Shown in pieces: positions 39,101 to 42,929 of a stretch of 61,274 bases of DNA. Below the pieces are notes generated by a model. That model did no database searches. It had not been told where the DNA came from and saw only the letters and a program-made list of their open reading frames with translations. The translations under genes and the position numbers were made by a program. Each line of letters starts with the position of its first letter. Position 1 is the stretch's first letter. The stretch is taken from NCBI GenBank assembly GCA_048128005.1, contig JBEUKZ010000054.1:1550001-1611274 (forward strand), read 5' to 3'. This DNA comes from Veleropilina oligotropha. Taxonomy: Eukaryota.

Positions 39101-41919
39101 AACGGGTGCTGGGAGCTTTATTTTCCCATTCTAAAAAGTCTACTGACCCCCCCTGCTGCTGAGTTGAGATCCATATTAATTCTGAAAAGGTGCTGGGAGC
39201 CTTAATTTCCCTCGCCGCGCCCCCACATAAAAGGTATGGTCACCCCCCCTGCTGCTCAGGGAGTAATTGTGAAGTCATGTGAGCATGTATTATATGAATG
39301 TAAATGTGAAGTCGTGTGAGCCTGTGCAATAACCTTTACTTATATATCAATGAGGTTTGTTTCGATATGATTGTTAAAGGACTTGTGAACATATAATAGA
39401 TTCTGGCTGATAATAATGCAATAATCGTATATTTATTTATTCTGTTATTAGTAGCGCCTTCATTTAGATTATCAAAAAATGGATACAGAAGATCCTTAGC
39501 AAGTCACCCCAAAATCTCCCGAACACTTATTAGGTGACATAACACCTGGCCCACGAGTCAAAGTGCTAATATTCCTATTGAATAACCAATTAGCGGACAA
39601 TGATGTTGCCATTGCATTGAAAAGATTGTGAGTGGCCTGTCCATCTGTGATGTCGAATTCGACCCCTGACCTGAAAATATGACTATTCTTGAAAGTCGAG
39701 ACTGATTGATTTCATCGCCAGATTAGCTTACAATAAACGTGGAAAACCGTGAAAGACTAACACAACAAATAATATGATATGAATATGCTGTATGGTCAAA
39801 TTTCGCCTATATTATGAGTTTCAGTTCACAAGTCCTTTTATTCACTGGAGGTTTTTCCTGATGGTTGAACTTAAACAGGCTGCATGTATGAGTATTAATC
39901 GATGCATGTATTTCCTCCAGGCTCAGTCGAGTGTGATCCGTGTGCTGAAACGATTCCTGAAAGAACACAGAACAGACTTAGAGGAATCGCTTCGTCAGCA
40001 GGATAAAAATAACAGTGAAGTCCTCTCATTGGATGACATGAAACATGGACTGCGGTCGGCTGGCCTCTGTCTGACCAATGTGAGTTAAATATATGTGTTC
40101 ACGCCAAGCACTCAATTCTGATTTATTTGACAAACTTTAGTGACTATTCTCAATATGGATGTTTGTTATTAATGAATATGCCAGGATGTGTGTATCTACA
40201 ATTATAACTACAGATGCGATAATTCGATAAATGTTACTTTTCGTTTTTAAATAACACCTTTCCTTAACTTTCTTTCAATGTTTTCACTAGCACTGAATTT
40301 GAAGAATTGCAAAAACTATGCAAAGATGACTCTGAAACATAACTTTTGTTGAGGAATGTTCAAACCATCATGTGAAGAAATTCCAGTCTCCCATGACCTC
40401 TCCGGCCAGTTACGGACAACTGTGATTGATAACTGAACAAGGAATAGTAATGCCACAGCCGGAGTCAAACCCACTACTGTTAGTTAGTGCAATCGAGCAA
40501 GTGATTTCAGAGTCGGCGCTCGATACCACACGACTACCGGGGTGGCCGTTTTTGAGGAATAATGATTGTAATATGATTCGTGTTAAATAGTCTGTTACAA
40601 AATAGATGATTTATTGGAATGTTAATTCTTGTAAATAGTTGAGTTTTGTTATTTTATCAATCTCTTAATGATGAAATTACTTAATTCTGAATATTGCATT
40701 CGCGAATGTGAACTACACTTTATATTATTTCGAACTACTGTGCAAAGAAACCGTACAGGATTATAAATGTAATATTATTTTTCACGATAAGCCTTCTGTT
40801 TGTAGAAGCAGCTGGACATTCTGATGGAAGAGGTTGATTTGGAAAACAAGGGAGCAATCCGATACAGGTAGGAGTGCAGATTTTGTTCAAGTTCGAAGTG
40901 AGCTTCTTGATGTGTAATTAATTTTCATTCTAATAAAGGTTCACAAAAGGAAAGGATTGATACTTAATTGTCCTGTATATTTCCAACCATCAATTGGTTC
41001 AAAGCAGGACATGTCCGTATTATCGTCGTAGGAAAGCCCAGTCGCCCGGTGAAACCTGCCCTCTCCGGACAGTTACGGACAGTTGTGACTTATCACTTGA
41101 GCAAATAATGTGGTGTCCCAATGGAGGCTTGAACACACTATACTGTTCGTATCAGCGGAATCAAGCAAATAATGTGGTGTCCCAACGGAGGCTTGAACAC
41201 ACTACTGTTCGTGTCAGCGGAATCAAGCAAATAATGTGGTGTCCCAACGGAGGCTTGAACCCGCTACTGTTCGTGTCAGCGGAATCAAGGAAATAATGTG
41301 GTGTCCCAACGGAGGCTTGAACTCACTACTGTTCGTGTCAGCGGAATCAAGGAAATAATGTGGTGTCCCAACGGAGGCTTGAACCCACTACTGTTCGTGT
41401 CAGCGGAATCAAGCAAATAATGTGGTGTCCCAACGGAGGCTCGAACACACTACTGTTCGTGTCAGCGGAATCAAGCAAATAATGTGGTGTCCCAACGGAG
41501 GCTTGAACCCACTACTGTTCGTGTCAGGGGAATCAAGCCAGTGATTTTCGGAATCCACAACCGAAATGACACGACTGTTGAAGCGGCCAAATAAATGATC
41601 ACATTGTTTTAGGTTAACTTGCTTTGTTTGAAAAGAGCAACCTTGCTTTTTTTGTTGATTGTGTGCCATGCGGAACAAAAGATAAATTGATGCTATGTTT
41701 TTCTCTGCCTGTGACAGGAATGCTGCATGTTTTATAACAACATTCTATGCTGTAGTCATTATTTGGTTTTTTAATATTTTTTTATATATTGAAATTTTTT
41801 TTGACAGAGACTTGCTGAATGGGAGCATTTTGGCACAACATCAGAAGCAGAAATTTTCCCGGGATGTAGTGCTGCCCTCTAGTCAACAGATGATGCTCGT
41901 AAAAGCCAAGGGGACATAA
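52..41919 (+). CDS. Host multi-exon gene, 5'-partial: leucine-rich repeat protein (LRRC74-like, ribonuclease-inhibitor-type LRRs) with C-terminal EF-hand pair
   Basis: Exons 52-182, 5656-5742, 6051-6166, 6485-6563, 13388-13477, 16168-16272, 39921-40079, 40806-40867, 41808-41919. All have AG/GT boundaries with compatible phases. They give repeated LxxLDLSxNx(F/I)G motifs, then EF-hand-like loops (DKNNSEVLSLDD; DLENKGAIRYRD) and a TAA stop. Confidence 0.85.
184..790. repeat. 28-bp minisatellite (ATAGGGGCTGCCACAATATGTTGGCATC)n
   Basis: Period 28 visible (431, 459...); degenerate at both edges. Confidence 0.95.
1290..5352. repeat. ~28-bp minisatellite (CCTGACTGCTATGATTGACAGCAGAGTT)n with 25-27-bp variants
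   Basis: Direct tandem repetition over ~4 kb. Confidence 0.97.
5656..5742 (+). CDS. Host LRR gene exon (AINEGIVDLDLSWNCIRQKGAVAIANILK)
   Basis: ttccag| and |gtaagt; LRR consensus. Confidence 0.9.
5760..5980 (+). mobile_element. Non-autonomous Helentron/HINE (DINE-1/pearl-like) element
   Basis: T-rich flanks, 5' hairpin ATGCCACC...GGTGGCAT, (GTCC)n microsatellite, 3' GGGGCAT sub-TIR and TGTCC-GAT-GGACA stem-loop before TTCTAGTT. Confidence 0.7.
6051..6166 (+). CDS. Host LRR gene exon (GNLYLEVLDLSWNGFSMAGCLTLVKTLKINTTLKVLDLS)
   Basis: ttttcag| and |gtaagt; phase-2 end matches the next exon. Confidence 0.9.
6485..6563 (+). CDS. Host LRR gene exon (NNRLTTQAAQKLAIGVKNNVGLETLL)
   Basis: atttag| and |gtgagc; frame continuous. 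Confidence 0.9.
6681..11735. repeat. 14-bp satellite (CTGAGTGTCCCCTG)n with variant units
   Basis: Direct tandem repetition over ~5 kb. Confidence 0.97.
11894..12557. repeat. 35-bp minisatellite (GATAATCACACGATGCATCACCTCACACACTGCAA)n
   Basis: Period 35 (11894, 11929...). Confidence 0.95.
12921..13279 (-). mobile_element. tRNA-derived SINE with (TAA)n tail
   Basis: Minus strand reads A-box TGGTACAGTGG, B-box GGTTCAATCCC, then CCTTGGGCAAGG core; related head at 42711. Confidence 0.75.
13388..13477 (+). CDS. Host LRR gene exon (LNMNPIGDLGVEAILKAVTVNTGINFLSIE)
   Basis: ttcttag| and |gtaagc; LRR consensus. Confidence 0.88.
13578..13800 (+). mobile_element. tRNA-derived SINE (second family)
   Basis: Degenerate A-box and B-box GGTTCGAGACC; no intact cloverleaf. 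Confidence 0.55.
14420..15113. repeat. 77-bp GC-rich minisatellite, ~9 copies
   Basis: Period 77, also seen as the spacing of the spurious ORFs (14569, 14646, 14723...). Confidence 0.95.
16168..16272 (+). CDS. Host gene exon (EIAISARNFVKVKELEESRDIIILHGGVGGYQRFT)
   Basis: ttttttag| and |gtaagt; phase 0/0. Confidence 0.85.
16571..23340. repeat. 16-bp satellite (CATGCATAACCATAGC)n, ~6.8 kb
   Basis: Direct tandem repetition ending exactly at the viral left junction. Confidence 0.97.
23348..23499 (+). repeat. Left terminal inverted repeat (152 bp)
   Basis: Reverse complement of 39105-39256 with 2 mismatches by manual alignment; begins AGCAGCAGGGGGGGTGACC. Confidence 0.95.
23673..23866 (-). promoter_or_regulatory. 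Putative outward-facing Pol II promoter, mini-exon and splice donor in the viral left arm
   Basis: Minus-strand TATATATG (23763-23770); HSE-like gTTCtaGAGctTTCc (23792-23806) and aTTCtaGAAg (23838-23847); CCACGTGAC; ATG at 23704; AG|GTAAGT donor at 23679/23678. Confidence 0.4.
24466..24897 (-). CDS. Viral secreted cysteine-rich protein (143 aa)
   Basis: N-terminal signal-peptide-like stretch (MKSMKSMLLCIVAVCWLGGVSTQA), basic linker, 8 Cys in the C-terminal half. Confidence 0.65.
   Translation of the reverse strand: MKSMKSMLLCIVAVCWLGGVSTQASTHNTALILEHTWTRYRNHPRYNARFDPLRRNLLLRPGRDPTPDVSPPSCHYFIIGENDCSPATPRDTVTCVQCSTPSLCPGKNGEYYTMLSGCFGVWRKVGHISPCNCTLISGNYIFI
24980..25615 (-). CDS. Viral membrane/coiled-coil protein with PSAP-LYPxL late-domain motifs (211 aa from MMDNK)
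   Basis: PSAPTLYPQL N-terminus, coiled coil, hydrophobic hairpin, DGVMSDDEF motif; ATG at 25615 overlaps the upstream stop (ATGA). Confidence 0.8.
   Translation of the reverse strand: MMDNKPSAPTLYPQLGGDVPSELHEAQSFRLQKVNELQGQLERERDTRAALYKKYRRGVNVVDGIDNGLVVATLGMGSAGIGLLSTIVAAPVVLVLELAALGCGLASMGGKYISRRLGVKAKKHDEIRVLADSKLNTITDHVSKALSDGVMSDDEFQLVTGEMEKYQAMKASIRDKSRKAHTAISQTQSELIERGRLEGRAELLKKIGAGD
25612..25962 (-). CDS. Viral hypothetical protein (116 aa, beta-rich)
   Basis: ATGA start/stop overlaps with both neighbours on the same strand. Confidence 0.65.
   Translation of the reverse strand: MSSIYGTLLADEPSSPPTRWHFVLNCGVAPNKGLARREFMFPNTRGRFGLNPALLMIHLTPVQPAGGPKACSISKLSLDSDKLTLAFVIKAPWVGTLYLNVTVDILNKQAEQYSHV
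25959..26699 (-). CDS. Minor capsid protein (penton, single jelly-roll)
   Basis: PGFYS motif and C-terminal pattern LHVH...DGAPSTILAVVP...ITELKVYITDSDGKPLDNHGMPISAVLAI, typical of Polinton/PLV pentons. Confidence 0.8.
   Translation of the reverse strand: MFHTLTNVQEGTAVALLEPIDNRDGKLCVSLQSLDYWVGWHNVHAGAFFKTPDTTVDVAPGFYSFDDLAKTMKRSLVNIQLDVSHATGLARIVVPEGTRLAISDDIRKLLGLNLSSFILDKAGNLNPPVRGVQGQPPPPPERSEWLRPGTYDGNKPVGFAIAPTLHVHLEQLSTTHNVQDGAPSTILAVVPITSQMFGEAGHYHSYPAGRRLQAGLITELKVYITDSDGKPLDNHGMPISAVLAIQ
26707..27990 (+). CDS. Viral 427-aa protein with Pro/Ala/Thr stalk and C-terminal TM anchor (candidate spike/envelope protein)
   Basis: Long intact ORF; low-complexity stalk followed by ALIVGGIVVGLAFIWLT. 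Confidence 0.8.
   Translation: MAKSAFAFNRSAAYPTGVVYPAKIKDEQLTRPSINVGNSSTTTFGATYPDVFQKYRLPHVASDGLIRDWNSTPMRFWQNKVNFAVWCATTGSGISSEDHLNATDPLSTAVFTFHVYYQVRRILSEIQAPLPQDRTWDAFDNPYDRRAYEKICSEFGVSPHTDWRVKGPNGGLGTAYSYWTNNGYHPIGRDYDPSRMSFTKGTTNTNLHVDYIAQAPALKNGWATFILDRSVGFTRAGVERLNDSIRTYVWAILGAQAQTRASILGSGTAFDAQKQFLANVEDAIASPVDLPAAIKRYQEVLQYARSKVDFVFGVGLYMAPSNMLLRIGQVAGYNNEIVVATEDQTLGLNTTVNAANPVPPNATGDTGETGLVIPQDADASIPVVTPKHPSSLPAVASVAAVPAAHDEEKTALIVGGIVVGLAFIWLT
27983..29296 (-). CDS. Viral 437-aa coiled-coil membrane protein with amphipathic C-terminal helices
   Basis: Acidic N-terminus, long heptad region, TM (VTIATILTAIGLAISTLVLAL), poly-Pro, amphipathic VKEWVKKQLKTLGRILGKLAGK, final TM. Confidence 0.82.
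   Translation of the reverse strand: MAEFENPAFEPDDLIDNDDTIIDDTDVDLSTDRFMPVLSERPQEGTSSLQQELVQGVVDDYYKALAQEGQTPATGRDYSKFKYVRGKLGRGGKLVMTDYPDINLINSRTGNPLALSTIAGRPGGGDAIREGLGFVHWTRGRQKPSSKAVAALQTADNELSGAAANVENVELRDLGQTATDVSVAIHTMETKFTDTEVEEILGTMGDPPLNLRELRGLDKAMQTIRGELTNNLAKLTALDEHIELEKMKLDQADEEGGVDEFIRRRIAERLRDLNDERAARLEAASSSREALRSQISRIREMISRILNTDTTLAERIRTLFREQGVTIATILTAIGLAISTLVLALTGGATSPPTPPPPPSGQGGVKEWVKKQLKTLGRILGKLAGKAAAVLPGILGSLVSWLINLIGKTASWLAENLWALVISVGGLLLIAARQWVT
29333..30634 (+). CDS. Major capsid protein (double jelly-roll, hexon-like), 433 aa
   Basis: GCCATG start. Size, beta-strand periodicity and motifs (NNPSTI...LLVRFPNL...NIGRAVIRKTTIKISGNEI; PKITKVEVTIEG; FALWIDMR) resemble Polinton-like MCPs; adjacent to the packaging ATPase. 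Confidence 0.8.
   Translation: MTSVYGRKLNPYRRLREPLAVKGIRQSVTITNNPSTIAPNQQLLVRFPNLGANDVIVPGTAHLAFTISLTSVNANRTVVQNIGRAVIRKTTIKISGNEIMSIDDSDVYHCYRDLWKTTGERKNAQYQGIDTSDGHNTTKHRVGAADAFRLSEDVAVAAAYGNRFRILLDFELLESHMPFYQSALGDRLEYELTFNDYSRTIRETDDSGSSYSIDNISLEYDMVTQSELARRIRNQYQGQLVILYDRVLRHRKLTLDKSDSLWNMNVNVPARSMKGILLLFEDPARDAAPFSRDTEAFYNPKITKVEVTIEGVPNQIYSQGMRTYQIWEEAKKMFASGCSKRHPEVAMVAKDLEMADVTLGEFLTKKFALWIDMRVTDDDQLHGSGRRVENASEGITIQITKTAEAAGPLNVYEFVIMDAQLNIENGRFVEALY
30606..31238 (+). CDS. A32/FtsK-HerA-type DNA packaging ATPase
   Basis: Walker A GQTGCGKT, Walker B LYIIDD, GRH arginine-finger motif, VVTQ sensor. Confidence 0.93.
   Translation: MADSSKHCTKRFPHTKDPHSAIICGQTGCGKTVFMLELLEGEYRGVFRHIVILCPTIKYNKAYQSCPWIWTDPEVYLVPPGERLHDWLRGFYRLFQGESTLYIIDDCAASKAMAKKRDMLTLLAFSGRHASQSVWVVTQKYNSVLKELREQTRWVALFHCKDRDSFEDCLRENDVIPSQDERTAVRRLLSETRHAKLLLKTDQPVAYSVL
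31292..32053 (+). CDS. Viral hypothetical protein (253 aa, N-terminal TM; alternative start 31418)
   Basis: Intact ORF in the co-directional gene block. Confidence 0.72.
   Translation: MSDAVYIAFAFSQGLILLLLVTLWYWHYRYIRLARRCWKRLRMDSLIDQLMDDEEEMTVSSSSPRSTTKRCSQHEEPETGSIGMAKKRERLAALAVGGQAHRYMGRNLTVDRIDDMTDDEVEKHHARYEAKLGADMTKTLGAAAIQLYAGAAGMFLPIPPANQLRLIADLEADPFISHALTTASCELYYKYGMYLAPLTAALTTAKHCQFGHVCPPKIPDQDDNAGSGPSDRETADREPADREGDFFDGLISE
31956..32447 (+). CDS. Viral basic protein with TM segment (candidate core/DNA-binding protein)
   Basis: KKDPKKVAAGRAGAAARKAK basic motif; hydrophobic VAVAAGTVALVFVVW. Confidence 0.7.
   Translation: MTTPEVDQVIERQPIESQPIERVTSSTDSSVSKKDPKKVAAGRAGAAARKAKQEKLLAAVRKMKEDLSAPTSVVVPSEQPGEAVPAAERPCAPDTRKSDPFNWTQVAVAAGTVALVFVVWKTSSERSNPGPSTPHQQPPDADARCSRAAPTIELKKQNPFHMQ
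32473..32712 (+). CDS. Small hydrophobic viral protein (79 aa)
   Basis: ATG start, two hydrophobic helices, fills the gap in the gene block. Confidence 0.72.
   Translation: MTTPITDGKMLGNAVYHAAIVSGLAIGYARLTKMVFKGASPKLDFTGYDVGMVVLDVSLAMATKDMLIKQGIIPADILK
32744..33172 (+). CDS. Viral membrane protein (142 aa; hydrophobic N- and C-termini, central coiled coil)
   Basis: MASIAMLVGGALVNALAFSGSNFLFSKL...ITFIILGMAATGLVAYKLA. Confidence 0.75.
   Translation: MASIAMLVGGALVNALAFSGSNFLFSKLRSSGVDAERKRHDIAVEQLNAAQTKWSQQRAERLDWLNVELRRQGHAVGTFRDVDAAIREYALITGKNLDPDLGGGPEPALSDYYTPSDGQKGREITFIILGMAATGLVAYKLA
33213..33434 (+). CDS. Small viral hypothetical protein (73 aa)
   Basis: ATG at 33213 fills the gap; stop overlaps the integrase start. 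Confidence 0.4.
   Translation: MGLPEELYCAMLAVGYSTTLLDCWRRDEKTMVRFAVLVLSGPTNLRATTAQRPAPEAEACWRLISLLEYIADG
33427..34425 (+). CDS. Retroviral-like (RVE, DDE) integrase of Polinton type
   Basis: YYSPKGY N-terminus; catalytic HQADL, LQVDPGREF, GIVERFNRTL; no C-terminal chromodomain evident. Confidence 0.95.
   Translation: MDSKLARMYYSPKGYWKGIAAIKKLADAAKASEVEARTWLKRQAIWQIYLPAPRRIPRPKFDVVTPNEVHQADLLFLPHDKVRHKTYKYALTVVDVASRFKEAEPLVTKEAKGVAEALSRIYRRSPLGWPKLLQVDPGREFMGAVSQLLAKNNVEVRRGRVDIHRDQGIVERFNRTLAERLFGHQYATEMRFAESAKEGQRSTEWVARLAAVVAALNGEVTRLTGKKPKDAIKAPRVAQKPGATVPGRQGKEQKLPSDVDVRYLYYDGELEGGHRRATDPVWSLKVYRLGRSVTKPDEPVLYYLLDGPPRGFVREELLVVPRDTQLPPVLRR
34415..38257 (-). CDS. Multidomain replicase: HeH/Rho-N-like, vOTU-like, divergent family B DNA polymerase, SF1 helicase, HNH-like endonuclease (~1280 aa)
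   Basis: PolB motifs A IDMKSCYPASF, B SIIGKF, C VATDSIY. SF1 motifs GGGGCGKT, IIWDE, GDQGQPPP, YRAKD, YALTIHSSQGLT, YLAVSR. C-terminal CAAC...SVDRVDNSRGHIRDNVRLTCLECN. Confidence 0.88.
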   Translation of the reverse strand: MDDLRNLAKDYGIPARSKLKKHDLVRAIARVRAAEFRSRLERAMKTGRFPSIRGDVENPHKRGRRARELRQIKDEVDAALQARKYESQAEKNPRIRLKPLRAITDRIVKRSRKETLAHAIARKGPDLLISKTPRTAQDYQKDLLGQFTTPEGQRFIDLDDQVPPPVRLPAKEPWVELLSDAKDEFEVDGAAAAFSTWRVEVAGRLALDARMTDARAAQLLTALPKGEYVLRIKFLREWGEGDWVVEDKFDPVKAARKKGQGVFEISQDTKPGAITGVDKVYYENAYPVTAVVYGVYPLREPNPANLVPMKNGDLNCVAQRVVEHFEGALRGHGLTPTRRQKILEWEERVHVTGATVDDIATLEKILKRAITLRDIAGADIYNSGKYQASMWKSIELICHNGHAWSKDLHFPQSREVHLYEGDVWEAIRQATQNEPLAVWLLGGKDRQLGVDQFVLQDGRTYRTKETHEILQEACTALGNESLADRAFGVNHAASIMAKETNGWKPTPAGLLDDIQKACVEHGHGGLWNSMNYDTGDVCCIDMKSCYPASFLGKGEAKPYFERFGHPLHSMTRVAINGPLPQDIGTGFAEVVEWEFAQDIHPVIVAWFGKHFAENGWAPTPLLAFLVDSGLLKSLKIREAIIAFKNQTDVWLPENRDQGCSIIGKFTQGAKADGKRLTRRLVTDQGELDFLVRDTRQSGTLVGAPQRCPLGHILTYYDGSQPQYAHLRASMLAYAHINLLSMLKRFSAAEAVRVATDSIYLKKASLEKLDDVTVYVAPRLCGCGEKSCISCLIAEPYLPPVAPAQWRDKGEQLYMPQEHAAYLPKPEYCCAANSSQPSTAPCYNDTLTHHRLSYLNGGGGCGKTTRAIELFRARNPVVFTPTHRLAKEMRTRGVKAQTYHSFFRWSGQNDWTPDRMGQKFIPRVIIWDEVCTVPRHILEMFLDWLGRHEVQVICCGDQGQPPPITGEMPHDWLRKTADYYEEIEVDYRAKDDPALQALKRRIRLQPDKVQCDEMRRTLPSCLGWDRFVNTWKPGDLILTSRQKVRERAQELLLQRHKEHFPDSMVPILYHPRDSRKQNIMVTIPGTSDREELVLNDVVEVTIEAAERAILTPDWRLGYALTIHSSQGLTIHDPQKVWIIDDYLQWSNLAYLAVSRVELLHQLERVTCPPDEGSEDRPPQAPQTEQQLRKTIQKKLVAYKRQDQATGLPGFNLKVDDILRLREAQNNRCAACNIELLWAYSPKDTQQFSVDRVDNSRGHIRDNVRLTCLECNRKRGFAVVNA
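38306..38581 (-). CDS. Viral zinc-finger protein (91 aa)
   Basis: C...C...C...YCKVH followed by CSKC...CKGC; basic; directly upstream of the replicase on the same strand. Confidence 0.72.
   Translation of the reverse strand: MWGTDTCQWLTISSTELCGKRCLNTYCKVHLARQRRNGRGTKPCSKCGKGVFNRLTLCKGCGYKSENGMDWQRKKRAFEREFLRMAAIYHA
38730..38918 (+). CDS. Possible small viral protein (62 aa)
   Basis: CAACATG start, plausible composition; no recognisable motif. Confidence 0.35.
   Translation: MPQEDIPTLYSERSFRRVKNLLNRGYNVLIVVLDNGEQAIYKKKTKDGRKGVARNQTLAGPQ
39105..39256 (-). repeat. Right terminal inverted repeat (152 bp)
   Basis: Ends GGTCACCCCCCCTGCTGCT; matches the left TIR. Confidence 0.95.
39921..40079 (+). 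CDS. Host gene exon, first EF-hand-like motif
   Basis: ttcctccag| and |gtgagt; AQSSVIRVLKRFLKEHRTDLEESLRQQDKNNSEVLSLDDMKHGLRSAGLCLTN. Confidence 0.85.
40375..40548 (-). mobile_element. Degenerate SINE fragment (same family as 40968-41588)
   Basis: Shares cagttacggacaactgtgat and aacccactactgtt segments. Confidence 0.55.
40806..40867 (+). CDS. Host gene exon, second EF-hand-like motif (KQLDILMEEVDLENKGAIRY)
   Basis: tttgtag| and |gtagga; phase 2. Confidence 0.85.
40968..41588 (-). mobile_element. tRNA-derived SINE (V-SINE-like) with internal ~62-bp tandem amplification (41101-41540)
   Basis: Homologous to copies at 50264-50574 and 59335-59581; B-box region repeated ~7 times. Confidence 0.75.
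41808..41919 (+). CDS. Host gene last coding exon
   Basis: ttttgacag| acceptor, in frame, ends ...KAKGT-TAA. Confidence 0.8.
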
Positions 41920-42710
41920 TGCATAGTCACTGAGAAGGGAGAGGGACGGTATACCTATGCCGAGGGACCTAATTCATATCTGCTGAGAAGGGAAGAGGAA
42001 TGGTATAGCTGTGTTATTCAGTTAATCTACAGAACGACATGCAGATTGTAATCAGATGATACTGTCAACAACTGCATGGAACCAATATAGATTTTCAGGT
42101 GCAACCTAACCTAGGGTATTTCCGAATTATATGTTTAAGGCTACAAAATACCATATGTCTTCGCCAACCAAGAGTGCCTTGAATAATTAAAAAGGGAGCA
42201 TCTTGTTCTCAAAAGCAGTACATGTACTAGATTACCTGGTTTATTTGTGGATGGTTCGGAATTATGTATTTTGGGATGAGATCTTATGCATATGAGATTT
42301 TTTTGATTGGCACAAATTTTAATCAAGCATAAAAAGCTTCAAATTTGATTGATGTCTACATTATCCTGCCTGCTAATGAGGTTCACAAATTTGTTTATTA
42401 TTTACAGGATATCATGTTGATGCTCACATTCTATTCCGTCCATAATTGTTTTTGTTTGCTCATTTTCTGTTTATACATTTTGCTCAATTTCTTTGTATTT
42501 TTATCAATGTTCAAACTGAGGTACATTGTAGCTGAATTTTGTCAGTTATATTTTGCATACAATCAGATTATCTCTATTTATATGTTATTTATAGTACAAT
42601 GTTTAATAAGTGCATTTACTGCTGCGTTTGGTGAAGCGTATTTTATTGTGTGTCTCTCTGTCATGGATCCATATTATATTGTTTTAATTTAATTTGAAAT
42701 GTTGATCATT

Positions 42711-42870
42711 ATAGTGGATCAGTGGTAGAGCACTGGGCTCTCGCGCAGAGGTTTGGGGTTCCATCCCCGATCACGGCAAATTCCCTGGTCTTTCGCACAG
42801 AGGTTTGGGGTTCAATCCCCGATCACGGCGAACTCCCATGGGCAAGGAATAAGCATATATGTGTCTGTTT
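42711..42870 (+). mobile_element. tRNA-SINE head with duplicated B-box (family of 12921-13279)
   Basis: GTGGATCAGTGGTAGAGCAC...GGTTCAATCCCC...ATGGGCAAGGAA. Confidence 0.65.
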
Positions 42871-42929
42871 TAGCACTTAAATCTAATAGAAAGGAAGACT
42901 TAGAAACCTGTTACCTATCCTTCTAGTGG

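Larger units (their letters stand above)
23345..39256. mobile_element. Integrated Polinton/Maverick/adintovirus-like (MELD) endogenous dsDNA virus, ~15.9 kb, apparently intact
   Basis: TIRs with AG...CT termini; direct repeat CAGGG(AG) at both junctions (23340-23346, 39257-39263); dense, visibly GC/CpG-rich ORFs with no evident internal introns, encoding MCP, penton, packaging ATPase, RVE integrase and a PolB-helicase. Confidence 0.93.

Noticed and set aside
23345..39256. Bacterial prophage or contaminant contig
   Set aside because: Bounded by TIRs and a target duplication inside an in-frame host intron; the RVE integrase and A32 ATPase are of eukaryotic-virus type
42345..42692. 115-aa hydrophobic ORF
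   Set aside because: T-rich 3' UTR/intergenic sequence with a non-ATG start and no motifs
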